64,000 nt of DNA from Promethearchaeota archaeon (lineage in GTDB: Archaea > Asgardarchaeota > Lokiarchaeia > Sigyniarchaeales > SOKP01): assembly GCA_016840085.1 (NCBI GenBank), contig JAEOTA010000081.1, positions 32,001 to 96,000 on the forward strand, given 5' to 3'. Positions 10,284 through 20,153 of the stretch are shown piece after piece. Below the pieces are notes generated by a model. That model was not told the DNA's origin and made no database searches. It saw only the letters and a list, made by a program, of their open reading frames with translations. The translations under genes were made by a program, and so were the position numbers. Position 1 is the stretch's first letter, and each line of letters starts with the position of its first letter.

Positions 10284-11153
10284 CTAAAAATGTCCATCAA
10301 ATCCCGGAAATTCTTGTCTTGGTATAAGCTTTAGAGCATCATGTTCGCAAGCATGACGACATACTCCACACCCAAAACACTTATTGTAATCAATTATAAC
10401 TCTCTTAATGGAGGGGATATAACGTATAGCATTCCATTGGCACATAGAAACACAAGCTTTACACCCTTGGCAATTGTCTTGATCTAAATGAATAATATAT
10501 TCTGCTTTGGACATTATCATTAAATCAAAATCGTTTCTCAATCGTAGTGCTCCACATTCAGGACTTTCACAATTACATATCGCATTTATATATGGGTAGG
10601 GTTGATACCAAACAGTAGATACTAATCCATTTTTGTTATGTTGCTCTATTCTTTCCATTGCTTCTTCCCGAGAGATACGATGTGCTCTCTCTTTTGGTAT
10701 AAATCTTGGGAGTTTTTCTAATACTTCTGAAAGTACTCCAAAATTAATACAACATTGATAATTTACACCTCTTTGCATCTTGCGACACATACAATATGTT
10801 TCAACAATAGGTTCCGCTGCTAGTTCAGAAAGAATAATCTGAGCATCTTCCATAGGAATTACTTGCCCAATATGACCATCTGCTCTAATAGGGTTTGGAT
10901 GTCTGATAGTGCCATGAATCATTCGCTCAACAGCCCAGCGAAGAATTTTTCCAATAATGGGCATTTGTAATTTATAACCCAGACCCTTGGAAGATAATCC
11001 CGCAATTTTTCGAATATATACAGCTTCAAAATTCATCCACTGCTCAGTTAGATATTCTTTAAGATTATGTTCGTCAGCAAGTTGATCTGAATAATTCTTT
11101 GCGTTTAAGTACCATTTATGCCCAATTCCATGTTTCATACACCATTTACACAT
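10284..11153 (-). CDS. 4Fe-4S dicluster-binding protein
   Basis: CMCR, ICNC...CG, CQGCKACVSMC, CFGCGVCRHAC; start placed at MCKWC after SD AGGAG. Confidence 0.85.
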   Translation of the reverse strand: MCKWCMKHGIGHKWYLNAKNYSDQLADEHNLKEYLTEQWMNFEAVYIRKIAGLSSKGLGYKLQMPIIGKILRWAVERMIHGTIRHPNPIRADGHIGQVIPMEDAQIILSELAAEPIVETYCMCRKMQRGVNYQCCINFGVLSEVLEKLPRFIPKERAHRISREEAMERIEQHNKNGLVSTVWYQPYPYINAICNCESPECGALRLRNDFDLMIMSKAEYIIHLDQDNCQGCKACVSMCQWNAIRYIPSIKRVIIDYNKCFGCGVCRHACEHDALKLIPRQEFPGFDGHF

Positions 11154-11238
11154 TTTTTTATCTCCTATAATTCTCAAAATATTTATTTCTTTATTTTAGA
11201 TTAAATGATAAATTATATAAAACTTTTAATTTTAAGAA

Positions 11239-12165
11239 TTAAGTATTAGATGCCCGAAAACTTCTTAGATGCTCCATCATCCCCGATCCAATTTCTCCAG
11301 TATCTCTATTTTTCATAATAACCATCTGTTCAAAAAGTTCAGTAAACCCTCCCTGAAAATTCCGAACAAACCGAATAAAAGAATTCTTTCTAATTCTTTC
11401 TGCTTTAATTTTTAATGTTTCTCCGTCTGATCCCGTAATAAAATATTCTGTCTTAAGGGGACTGTGAAATTGGTCATTATCATTAATTGTTTTAATATCT
11501 AATTCGGAAATAGGAATATTCCCTGATTTTTTTGAGATAGAACCAGATAAATCAAAATTATCACCTATATAATCTTTACGGAATCCACATGACCATTCTT
11601 TGAATTGAAAATGACCTGCATACCACTTATCAAACTGATGCCAATTTCGGAAACCCCAACTCTTATCTCGTTGTCCATGTCCATTTATATTTATAGTTGT
11701 CCCATCTTTCATTATTAAGATTCCTTTCACGATTCCTGATGCTTCAAAATGTTGTTGCCATGACGCAGAAGAATCCCTTCCAAAATAATATGTTGTAAAC
11801 CTAGTCTTAAATTGAATATTAATTTTTAATTTTCGAGAGTTATATATGATTTCCCATGTTTTAAATGGTTCAACTAACCTATAAGAAAGGTTTTTGTTCG
11901 AAAGCATGGTATTAATATCCTCCTCGTAATGATGAAGTGGTGGTTCTTTATAATAAACTTCATTTCTTTCTTTTAGAAATAGTAAAAATACGAATTCTCT
12001 TCTCTTTGCATTAGGGACTATCCCAATAGTTGAAAATCCTGAAACTTTATTTTCGATATCTACCCAATTAAAGTAATACGATTCTCGCCACTTTAGTTCA
12101 CTAGTTGGTTTGTGCAATAGTTCATCTATCTCAATTAAGGGTGAGTCTGATACTTTAGAATTCAT
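11239..12165 (-). CDS. Hypothetical protein, AttH/tocopherol-cyclase/hydroxyneurosporene-synthase-like beta-barrel
   Basis: WRESYYFNW, HFEASG.V.G, GQRDKSWG.R.W motifs. Confidence 0.6.
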   Translation of the reverse strand: MNSKVSDSPLIEIDELLHKPTSELKWRESYYFNWVDIENKVSGFSTIGIVPNAKRREFVFLLFLKERNEVYYKEPPLHHYEEDINTMLSNKNLSYRLVEPFKTWEIIYNSRKLKINIQFKTRFTTYYFGRDSSASWQQHFEASGIVKGILIMKDGTTININGHGQRDKSWGFRNWHQFDKWYAGHFQFKEWSCGFRKDYIGDNFDLSGSISKKSGNIPISELDIKTINDNDQFHSPLKTEYFITGSDGETLKIKAERIRKNSFIRFVRNFQGGFTELFEQMVIMKNRDTGEIGSGMMEHLRSFRASNT

Positions 12166-12170
12166 AGATC

Positions 12171-13328
12171 CTAATCCTCTGGTAATAAATAAAGTGATGG
12201 TCCTTCTTTCTTTTTCTTTGCTTTACTTCGAAAGAATCTTGGAATACCTGGGTCAAAATCACTTTCTAGGAATTCTGGTACATATTTATTCATTGTTTTA
12301 TCAGTAAGATTCCAATCTATTTCATCGGTTATACCCACATAATTAGTATATCTCGCATATCCATAACAATAAGCATAAGAACCTGCTATTAACCTCTGCT
12401 TTTTATCCCATTTAGAAAATTTTAAAAATAACTCCTTGTTTGCCTTAACAGCGTAATCGTTAAATTGATCTAAAATATCAAAATTAAGGGGAATTACATC
12501 ATTCCCTTCTCTCGTTAACAATGCAGCACCTGTAATATTATCCGTGAAATCAATGGGTTTTGATTCTAAAGATACAAATTCATCCAATTCTACTTCAACA
12601 TTTTTTAACCTTAAGACAAATGCAATATTTGTATAAGGTGCTTTTACTTCAGTGGCAGACCAAGAAAAATGGGGCTTCTCTCCATTATAAAGATGCAATA
12701 TTTCTCGAAATACTAAAATTTCATCTTCGTCTACTTTATAAGGGCCATGATCACATATTTTTGCTCTTGCCTCACATTCGTCCATATATGAAACCAATTC
12801 TATATTAGCCATCGTTCGTTTAATTTTCTTAGCTTGTTCTTTAGGAATATCAATAATTTGACCTAATGTCCAATCTATGTCTGATTGATCTAATGCAATA
12901 TTTTTTTTATCTGAATCAAATACAGATAATTTGTTATTTGGAAAATAGGATGATGCCAATCTTTTCCAAAAATCAAGTATGAACATCGTTTGTTTTCTTT
13001 TTTCCTCACTTTCACTCCTAGGATCTCCATTATTTCTTTGAATTTCCCCCATACGACCTGCCATATAATAGAGTGGAATGTAAAAAATACTTAATGCTTG
13101 AATTTCTGAAAGAATTTTTCTGCTTTCTTTTCCAATCTTTTCCGAAGTGGCTTTTTCTGATACTTTTTTTAATATATTATAAAGAATATCATATGAATTA
13201 TAAAAAGAAACACAAATATAAGCAGTAACAGGGAATAATTGTGATTCTAATAGACCTCTTTTGGAAACTTGGTAATCTATTAATTCAGAGGCGTGTTTAA
13301 TTATTTTATTAGCTTCTTGAACATTCAT
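12171..13328 (-). CDS. Conserved-looking hypothetical protein divergent from PEP-utilising domain genes
   Basis: 385-aa ORF; ECEARAKICDHGPY motif; no family recognised. Confidence 0.7.
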   Translation of the reverse strand: MNVQEANKIIKHASELIDYQVSKRGLLESQLFPVTAYICVSFYNSYDILYNILKKVSEKATSEKIGKESRKILSEIQALSIFYIPLYYMAGRMGEIQRNNGDPRSESEEKRKQTMFILDFWKRLASSYFPNNKLSVFDSDKKNIALDQSDIDWTLGQIIDIPKEQAKKIKRTMANIELVSYMDECEARAKICDHGPYKVDEDEILVFREILHLYNGEKPHFSWSATEVKAPYTNIAFVLRLKNVEVELDEFVSLESKPIDFTDNITGAALLTREGNDVIPLNFDILDQFNDYAVKANKELFLKFSKWDKKQRLIAGSYAYCYGYARYTNYVGITDEIDWNLTDKTMNKYVPEFLESDFDPGIPRFFRSKAKKKKEGPSLYLLPED

Positions 13329-13489
13329 AATTCTATTTAATTACATTATAGGTTGTTGATAATTATTCAACTTAACTATATTTAAAATTATTAACCCAAA
13401 TCGTTCTTTTTAATAAAATTTAAGTAAAATATAAAAAATAAAAGATCAATTAGCATCAATTATTTTGGATTCTATTAGGGATATAATAC

Positions 13490-13846
13490 ATGAAGAAAAT
13501 TGGTGAAGGCTTATCTTGTTCATCAAAAACAGAAGTTGCTGGTGAATTAGTCTATATTCAAACTATTGAAGATGTGATTAACCTGTTCGATAACGCTTCT
13601 GGAAAGATATGCATAGTTGAAGATGCAGGAATTACAACATTAAGTCCTATTTTATCAGAATTGGTAGGAACGATCTGTACTTCTGGTTCTGCTGGATCAC
13701 ATCTAGCTATTGTTTCTAGAGAATTTGGGATTCCTTGTATAATGAGTACTAAATTTTCAATCGATAATCTTTATACTTTAAACGGAAAACTCGCTAAAAT
13801 TGCTTTTGATGGAGAAGATAAAGGAATTCTCTATTTAAGTGAATAA
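13490..13846 (+). CDS. Stand-alone PEP-utilising enzyme mobile (phospho-His) domain
   Basis: GSAGSHLAIVSREFGIPC signature. Confidence 0.9.
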   Translation: MKKIGEGLSCSSKTEVAGELVYIQTIEDVINLFDNASGKICIVEDAGITTLSPILSELVGTICTSGSAGSHLAIVSREFGIPCIMSTKFSIDNLYTLNGKLAKIAFDGEDKGILYLSE

Positions 13847-13886
13847 TTCTTTATTTTATTACTATTAGATTTATAATGTTTGAAAA

Positions 13887-14864
13887 ATGACTTATGTGGA
13901 ATTCTTTTCAAATTCTAAACCAAATCCAAACTTATTTGGAGGGAAAGGTTCAAATTTAATTAAATTGCTTAAATTGGGCCTTAATATACCTCCTGGATTT
14001 ATTGTAAACACAGAATCATATAAGAAATTTCTTGAAGATTCACATTTAAAAGAACAAATATTTCAAATCCTTTCCACGGAATATGAACAGAAAGATGTTC
14101 TGGCTCTCTCAGAGAAAATAAAAAACCTATTTCAAGATTCAAAAATACCACAAAAAATTATAAATGAAATTAAAGAAGCTTATCAAATTACTCGCAAGAA
14201 AATTGGTAAAAAAATTTCTTTTTCTGTAAGATCCTCAGCCAATGTTGAAGATTTAAAAGATTTTTCATTTGCTGGCCAAGCTGAAAGTTTTTTAAATAAA
14301 AAAACCTTGGAAGAAATTTTAGAATCATTAAAAAATTGTTGGATATCCCTATTTTCACCTCGGGCATTACTTTATATTCTACAAACTCGAAAATATAATA
14401 AAGAAATTTCTTTAATTGACCTGAAAATGGCAGTGATTATTCAAAAAATGGTGTGCTCTCAAATATCAGGTGTTTTATTCACTGCTAATGTGTTAAACAA
14501 TTCTCAAAATCAGATGTTAATAAATTCTACATGGGGTCTAGGTGACACTATTACAAATGGTACTATTATACCAGATCTAATAGTTTTGAATAAAGAACCC
14601 TTTAATATCATAAAAAATGTGATAGGAAAAAAAGAAAAAAAGTCTATTCCTAACCCTTATGGTTGTTCCACAATTTTAATAGAAACAGAGCAAGAACTAC
14701 GAGATAAATGTTCTTTGAATGACTCACAATTACGGAATCTCTATGATCTTGGATTAAAACTAGAACACGGTTTTCATTACCCTCTAGATATTGAATGGGC
14801 TATAGAGAATAAAATCCTCTATACTTTACAATGTCGATCAATCACCACGTTAAGAAAAAGGTAA
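13887..14864 (+). CDS. Stand-alone PEP synthase/PPDK N-terminal ATP-grasp domain
   Basis: GGKGSNL..L, PPGF, VRSSA..ED....SFAGQ, MAVIIQKMV, SGVLFT, WGLG, DIEWA, LQCRSITT. Confidence 0.92.
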   Translation: MTYVEFFSNSKPNPNLFGGKGSNLIKLLKLGLNIPPGFIVNTESYKKFLEDSHLKEQIFQILSTEYEQKDVLALSEKIKNLFQDSKIPQKIINEIKEAYQITRKKIGKKISFSVRSSANVEDLKDFSFAGQAESFLNKKTLEEILESLKNCWISLFSPRALLYILQTRKYNKEISLIDLKMAVIIQKMVCSQISGVLFTANVLNNSQNQMLINSTWGLGDTITNGTIIPDLIVLNKEPFNIIKNVIGKKEKKSIPNPYGCSTILIETEQELRDKCSLNDSQLRNLYDLGLKLEHGFHYPLDIEWAIENKILYTLQCRSITTLRKR

Positions 14865-14890
14865 TAAAAAGAGAAAAAATCTATATTTAT

Positions 14891-15346
14891 TCATTTTAAA
14901 AAAGTTCTTTTTCCTAAATAAATAAAAAGTTCTGATAACTCAAAAATAGTCAACGGCATAACCATTTGAGCCATACTTGTACGAAGATCTTCTTTGTCTT
15001 TACCAGCCAATATTAATTTCCGTATATCTTCAACATAATCATCCATATTCAAAAATAATATTTCTATTTTATCAACCCCTGTAAGTTCTTCAATATCCTT
15101 ATCCAGATGCTCCTCTACTTGATTAAGCAACCCTAACTTTATTTTTGGAGATAAATCATATTTGGTTATAAGACGATTACACTCTTCTATAATAATATTT
15201 AAACTTAAATTCCAATCAGCATTTTCCTTATATTTTGGAATAAGAATATCACTAATAATCACTTCAAAAAGAGTTCTTGGCGCTCTTTCATCAAAATCAA
15301 CTTGTTCCCCATTGCTCAATTCAACCTTAATAATTTGATCACTCAT
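14891..15346 (-). CDS. Hypothetical protein
   Basis: 151-aa ORF, SD-like GAGG upstream. Confidence 0.7.
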   Translation of the reverse strand: MSDQIIKVELSNGEQVDFDERAPRTLFEVIISDILIPKYKENADWNLSLNIIIEECNRLITKYDLSPKIKLGLLNQVEEHLDKDIEELTGVDKIEILFLNMDDYVEDIRKLILAGKDKEDLRTSMAQMVMPLTIFELSELFIYLGKRTFLK

Positions 15347-15695
15347 GCCTCATCTCAACTTGAATCGAAAATTGTGTTCTTAATAATTAATGGACTAATA
15401 TCTAATAAATATTTTCATAACTCAAACTGCTTTAAAACTTTAATAATCACTAAGTGTAGTTTTTCGATTAATTTGATAATATTAATTCTTTTGATTGAAC
15501 TCAATAACCTATTGACACTTATAGAGCTTGCCAAGAAAAGAAAATCAAAATTTGATGAATTAATAATACTTTATGATAAAGCTTCAGAAGAATTCGATAA
15601 ATTGAAGGTGACTGGTATTATAGGCGGATATATAGGAGATTTAGTCTAGGAATAAATTTAAATATGTTTTTTTTCCTTTTTATTATAGGAGCCAT

Positions 15696-16757
15696 ATGAA
15701 AATCTCAGAATTAATAAAATTATTATCAAAAGCAGCAGAGGGTAAGGACTCAATCGCTGAAGGAGCTGTAGGATCTAATTTCTTTGGCTTTGTTTTCAGG
15801 GATGTAGTTTTTGTGGAGGACCTCCTCGATCTAGGTTATTTAAGTCAATTTTGTAATGTTGGAACTATGCCGATGTTTCTACATAATTTCAGCGGGGACC
15901 CAGACGCTTTTTTTAAATATTCTGACTTAAGTTTTGATATTTCTTGTATTGGATCATTAAAGACTCTGGTTCCCACAATTAAGTTTTGTATGGATGATTT
16001 ATTATTTGAGGTCTGGATGTTAGTAAGGACGCCAAAAGGGGAGGTCTTTCCTGCTTCTTTTTACTATGGAAAATCACGTCTAGCCATTGGAGGTTGGAAT
16101 ATTAATACTATAGAATTATTTCATAAGATTAAATTTTATTTACCTAAGGAGCTTAACGAGTTTACAACAGTCAATCCTTTTGATTTCACGGTCGAGGAGC
16201 GAGACCATTTAGCAAGTTCTTTAGAATTAGCCCTTCAAAAAGTTAAACCATCTGATTTTGAAGTGACATTTAGAGACGAATATGGAGATATTTTTTTAGC
16301 TATTCAGGAGGGAATACCTGTTTTTAAAAGAATTAATGATGAAGATTATTGGCCTATTGAAATTATAGACCAAGGATCTTGGAGGTATTTAGATCTTTTT
16401 GAAGAATTAATTAAGGATCAGCTAACCTTAGATGATAAAAATAGATTAGAAGCAGATCTAACTTCTTTAGAATTTAGAACGCTCAGAAAAAATTTAATTA
16501 TGAAGTGTTACGATAAATTAATTGATCTTGCTTATCAACAGGGTTCTCGTCTTGCGTTTCAAGTGTTAGGAAAGTTACTTCTAAATGAGGGGATAAAGAT
16601 TTTCGATGATCTTAGAAGACTAATTCTAGATAATTCACGATGGATAGACGAACGCGACAAATTGAAGATGAAAAAAGATAGATGTAAAAGAAGAAATAAT
16701 TTAATTAATTTTAGAACAAGATTATTAAAGAACAAGGAGGATATGATTGCACAATAA
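15696..16757 (+). CDS. Hypothetical protein
   Basis: 353-aa ORF, SD AGGAG upstream. Confidence 0.7.
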   Translation: MKISELIKLLSKAAEGKDSIAEGAVGSNFFGFVFRDVVFVEDLLDLGYLSQFCNVGTMPMFLHNFSGDPDAFFKYSDLSFDISCIGSLKTLVPTIKFCMDDLLFEVWMLVRTPKGEVFPASFYYGKSRLAIGGWNINTIELFHKIKFYLPKELNEFTTVNPFDFTVEERDHLASSLELALQKVKPSDFEVTFRDEYGDIFLAIQEGIPVFKRINDEDYWPIEIIDQGSWRYLDLFEELIKDQLTLDDKNRLEADLTSLEFRTLRKNLIMKCYDKLIDLAYQQGSRLAFQVLGKLLLNEGIKIFDDLRRLILDNSRWIDERDKLKMKKDRCKRRNNLINFRTRLLKNKEDMIAQ

Positions 16758-16889
16758 TTTTTAAAAAAGAAGATTAAGTTATTTGAGATTCATTTTTAAT
16801 TTATTCATCATAAAAGAGGTTAGATTTTATGTTTCCTTTTTTCACGTGAAAAAAAGGAAATTTTTATAAGGGAAAAAAATTCAACATAT

Positions 16890-17080
16890 TATGATGAAAG
16901 AATCGGAACACCGTGATTTAAATATATTCTTATACCTAATGCCGAACAATCGGCTAACCTCAACCCTTAACCCTGAGCATCAGTTCTCTCGACTGGGCGG
17001 GTAATTATTAGATAAATACGTCTCCTCTTTTTGTTTTCAGTTTTTCGCGGTGTCCGCTTCTTTACTACTTCTTTTTTTTA
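16890..17080 (+). ncRNA. Candidate small structured RNA (box C/box D-like motifs plus hairpins)
   Basis: BRE/TATA-like AAAAAGGAAA-TTTTTATAAG at 16851-16870; ATGATGA at 16891; CTGA at 16973; hairpins at 16941-16954, 16970-17002 and 17047-17057; T-rich tail. Confidence 0.4.
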
Positions 17081-17440
17081 ATAAATTTTATGTTATTTTT
17101 ACGTTTTTTTTGTTTTTACTATTTAAAATCTAATACTGAAAAAATGGAAAATGCAAAAAAGAGACATAAAGGTCAATTACCTTTCTGTATATTGTCGAAA
17201 TTTTATAAAAAACATCTATATTTTATCATTTTCTAGTTTAAATTTTACATTTTTACAATTTAAACGAGACATAATCATAATCTTGAATTTTAGCATCAAA
17301 TTGGAACATAACTGTTTTTATAAATCTTGAGATTATTCTCATAAAAACATTCTTCAAAATTTTTTAATAGATACTTGGTTTCCGAGGATAAATAATGAAT
17401 TAACTGCTTAAATAAAGAATAACCCGTACTAGGTAAGAAT

Positions 17441-18634
17441 TTAGGGTTTAATTAAATTAGGAAGATATTTCTCATTAGATATTTCTATTAATGATTTTGT
17501 ATAATCAGTTATTTTTTTTGCGATTTCTGGATGGGATAGCATTTGAACTTCAATTTTTTCACCTCGATCCCATAATAAATAAGGAGTCTCTTCATATGGG
17601 ACATTTTCTTTAATTTCCTTTATCCAACTATCTGGTAATTCATTTTTTAATTGAACATCAAGCATTTTAGCTAAAAATAAAGTCCAAGCTCGTGGAACTA
17701 CAGATATTAAATAACCACCTCCTCCAAATGCTACCCATCTATTTTGACAAAATTCACGAGCACTAGTTTTGATTGTTTGAGCAATATCTCTATATGCTGC
17801 TATTGAAAGACCCATTTCAGTTAATGGATCATTGAAATAAGTATCTACACCTAACTGAGTAAATAATATATCGGGAGAGTATGCTTCTAATAGTTTAGGA
17901 ACGGTTTTTCTAAATAGATTTATAAAATTCTTATTATTTGTGCTAGGAAGCAAGGGAAAATTAATAGAATAACCTTTTCCCTTTCCTTCTCCGTTTTCAT
18001 TAATAAAACCTGTACCTGGAAAAAGAAATCTTCCATCTTGATGAAAAGATATTTTTAAAACATTAGGATCATCATAAAACAACCATTGAACACCATCTCC
18101 ATGATGACAATCAATATCTAAATAAGCTATTCTTATATCTTTTTGCAAATTTTGAAGGTGTTTTATTGCAACTCCAATATCATTAAAAATGCAAAAACCT
18201 GAAGCTTTATTTCTTAATGCATGATGAAGACCGCCAGCGGGATTAAACGAAACTTTAAAATCCTCTTCATTCCAAACTTTTTCTGCTGCTAAAATACTTG
18301 CACCACAGACTAAAGCAGATGCTTCATACATACCCTCAAATGCAGGAGTATCTCCGGGACCTAGTCCATAAATATAGGGAGAAATTGTGTTATCTCTTGG
18401 ATTTTCGCTCAATTTCCTAACAATATTGACATATTCTAGGGAATGAATTCGTTCTAATTCATTATTCGTGGCCATCCGAGGTTTTATTATCTCTAATCTG
18501 CTACTATTTAAAAGATTTAATTTATCCATAAGGCTGTATGTAAATTTGAGCCTTAGAGGTCTAAAGGGATGATCCTTTCCAAAATTATATTTCTGATATT
18601 CATCTGTATAAATTAGACCAACTCTATCGACCAT
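17441..18634 (-). CDS. Zn-dependent histone deacetylase family (AcuC/class I HDAC-like)
   Basis: HPFRP.R, GGLHHA, ASGFCIFND, DIDCHHGDG, SFHQ, FPGTG, QLGVD...DP, GGGGY. Confidence 0.95.
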   Translation of the reverse strand: MVDRVGLIYTDEYQKYNFGKDHPFRPLRLKFTYSLMDKLNLLNSSRLEIIKPRMATNNELERIHSLEYVNIVRKLSENPRDNTISPYIYGLGPGDTPAFEGMYEASALVCGASILAAEKVWNEEDFKVSFNPAGGLHHALRNKASGFCIFNDIGVAIKHLQNLQKDIRIAYLDIDCHHGDGVQWLFYDDPNVLKISFHQDGRFLFPGTGFINENGEGKGKGYSINFPLLPSTNNKNFINLFRKTVPKLLEAYSPDILFTQLGVDTYFNDPLTEMGLSIAAYRDIAQTIKTSAREFCQNRWVAFGGGGYLISVVPRAWTLFLAKMLDVQLKNELPDSWIKEIKENVPYEETPYLLWDRGEKIEVQMLSHPEIAKKITDYTKSLIEISNEKYLPNLIKP

Positions 18635-18843
18635 TATAGTTATTAAAATTTAACCTCCTATTAATCTTTTTAAAGTATAAATTATAAGTTTATCTCAATC
18701 TTCTCTTGTATAAATCGTATTTTTTAAACAGAAGTAATAATATTTAAGAGAGGTGTATTATCAAAATATTATAAGAAAAAATAAATATTTGCAAAAAAGT
18801 TCATATAAAGATAATTCTTTTAAAGATAACCTATGCTTTAACC

Positions 18844-19398
18844 ATGTCCCAAGTATTTAAGAGTTTTTTAGATCGAGTTGCTCGTGAATCTGAATTTAAG
18901 CCGCTTAAGAATCAATTACTCAATTATTTAAAAAAAGAGAGTGAAAATAAATACAAAAACTATCCCAGATTATTAGAATTAATGAAAAATTATTGGCCTA
19001 AATATCAAGACCGTTCTCGTATTTCTCATCTTTTAAAAGATCATTATGAAGAGATTTTTACTTTTTATTTGAATAGTTTTTTTCATTTTCGAAAGCGGGG
19101 ACTTTCATATTTAGAACCAGAAGCCCCAACTCCAGTTGATTTTAAGCTCGTTTTCAAATATCATTATAATTCTAAAGAGATTGAGGTTGTTGAGGAAATA
19201 ATGAAAAAGCAAAAGATTGAAGGAAATACAGAATCGATACTAAAGCGAGTTTTTATTTTTGCTATTAGTTCTTTTGGTTTTATGGTTGAGCAAATATTTG
19301 AAAGGCCATTTGCCTTTCAATTTTTTGATATTACTTCAAATCTTCTTCCTAATAATGAATATGAAGTAATTGCTATTATATCTGGAAGAGAACAATAA
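18844..19398 (+). CDS. Hypothetical protein
   Basis: 184-aa ORF. Confidence 0.65.
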   Translation: MSQVFKSFLDRVARESEFKPLKNQLLNYLKKESENKYKNYPRLLELMKNYWPKYQDRSRISHLLKDHYEEIFTFYLNSFFHFRKRGLSYLEPEAPTPVDFKLVFKYHYNSKEIEVVEEIMKKQKIEGNTESILKRVFIFAISSFGFMVEQIFERPFAFQFFDITSNLLPNNEYEVIAIISGREQ

Positions 19399-19422
19399 AA
19401 AACTGTTGTTTATATTTATTAG

Positions 19423-19854
19423 CTATTTGTTATTGCTTAAAAATGAACTTAAATCCATGATATCATCGCCTCTTTTAACTTGGATCTTGCTTTTAATTCC
19501 TTTAATTTTTCGTTCTAGAAACATAATAGCATCAAGCGGAATTCTTCTAGGAATTCCTCCTCTTTGTCTAATAATCGCTAATAGATAGTCTATATTTTGC
19601 AGTACATCTGGACTTATCAATTCATTATATATTGCTTGGTAGACATTTGACTCTCTAACTTTTAAATTGTTCAAGTGATTGTATGCTTCAGGGGCTAATA
19701 CTACTTTTAATATAAATTCGATTTTTTCTGACATCGAAACGACTTTATCTTTTACTACATCTTGTTGCCTTTTAGCTTCCATTAATGCTTTCATTTTTCT
19801 CATGCGAATTTTTTCTAGTTCATGTTGTTCAAAGTTTCTATTAGTTTCATTCAT
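19423..19854 (-). CDS. PDCD5-like double-stranded DNA-binding protein
   Basis: ELEKIRMRKMKALM...ILKVVLAPEAYNHLNNLKV pattern of the PDCD5/DUF122 family. Confidence 0.7.
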   Translation of the reverse strand: MNETNRNFEQHELEKIRMRKMKALMEAKRQQDVVKDKVVSMSEKIEFILKVVLAPEAYNHLNNLKVRESNVYQAIYNELISPDVLQNIDYLLAIIRQRGGIPRRIPLDAIMFLERKIKGIKSKIQVKRGDDIMDLSSFLSNNK

Positions 19855-20047
19855 TTTCTTATCTATCTCTGTTATTTTGTTCTATTAATTATAGTTTAAT
19901 TTAAGATATACATCTTGTCATTAATTTGTTAAATTAAAACTCAATAAATAAATAATGGTGGCTAAAATAATAATTTTTTGAAGAAAAATTCCTTTTTCTT
20001 CTAATAATTAAATCTTAAAATTAGTAAAAATGGTCCCTCCCCCCGGA

Positions 20048-20076
20048 ATCTAGCTAGATCTGAAGTAGATCCGTAT
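20048..20076 (-). other. tRNA intron in the T-loop, position 59/60 (29 nt)
   Basis: Relaxed BHB: CTCG/CTAG helix, bulges AA|A and AT|T; inner hairpin GGATCT/AGATCT; removal restores a 7-nt T-loop. Confidence 0.85.
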
Positions 20077-20098
20077 TTCGAGCCGGGGACCGCTCGGT

Positions 20099-20153
20099 TT
20101 CAATTTCGGCTGACGTAACTTCATTAGCTACCAGCTTTAGTACGCGATATTAT
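20099..20153 (-). other. tRNA intron at canonical position 37/38 (55 nt)
   Basis: Relaxed BHB: CTGT/ATTG helix, bulges AG|A and AA|A; internal hairpin GCTGG-TAGCT...AGTTAC-GTCAGC. Confidence 0.9.

Noticed and set aside
15302-15649. 115-aa + strand ORF
   Set aside because: The N-terminal half overlaps the opposite gene and its promoter and looks non-coding; the last ~50 codons may be a gene remnant but cannot be assigned.
16954-16980. Minus-strand mini-ORF MLRVKG-TGA-G-TAG as a selenopeptide; AACCCT repeats as a telomerase-like template
   Set aside because: Only 8 codons, closed upstream by TAA TAA, with no SECIS identified; three degenerate 7-mers are too little evidence.
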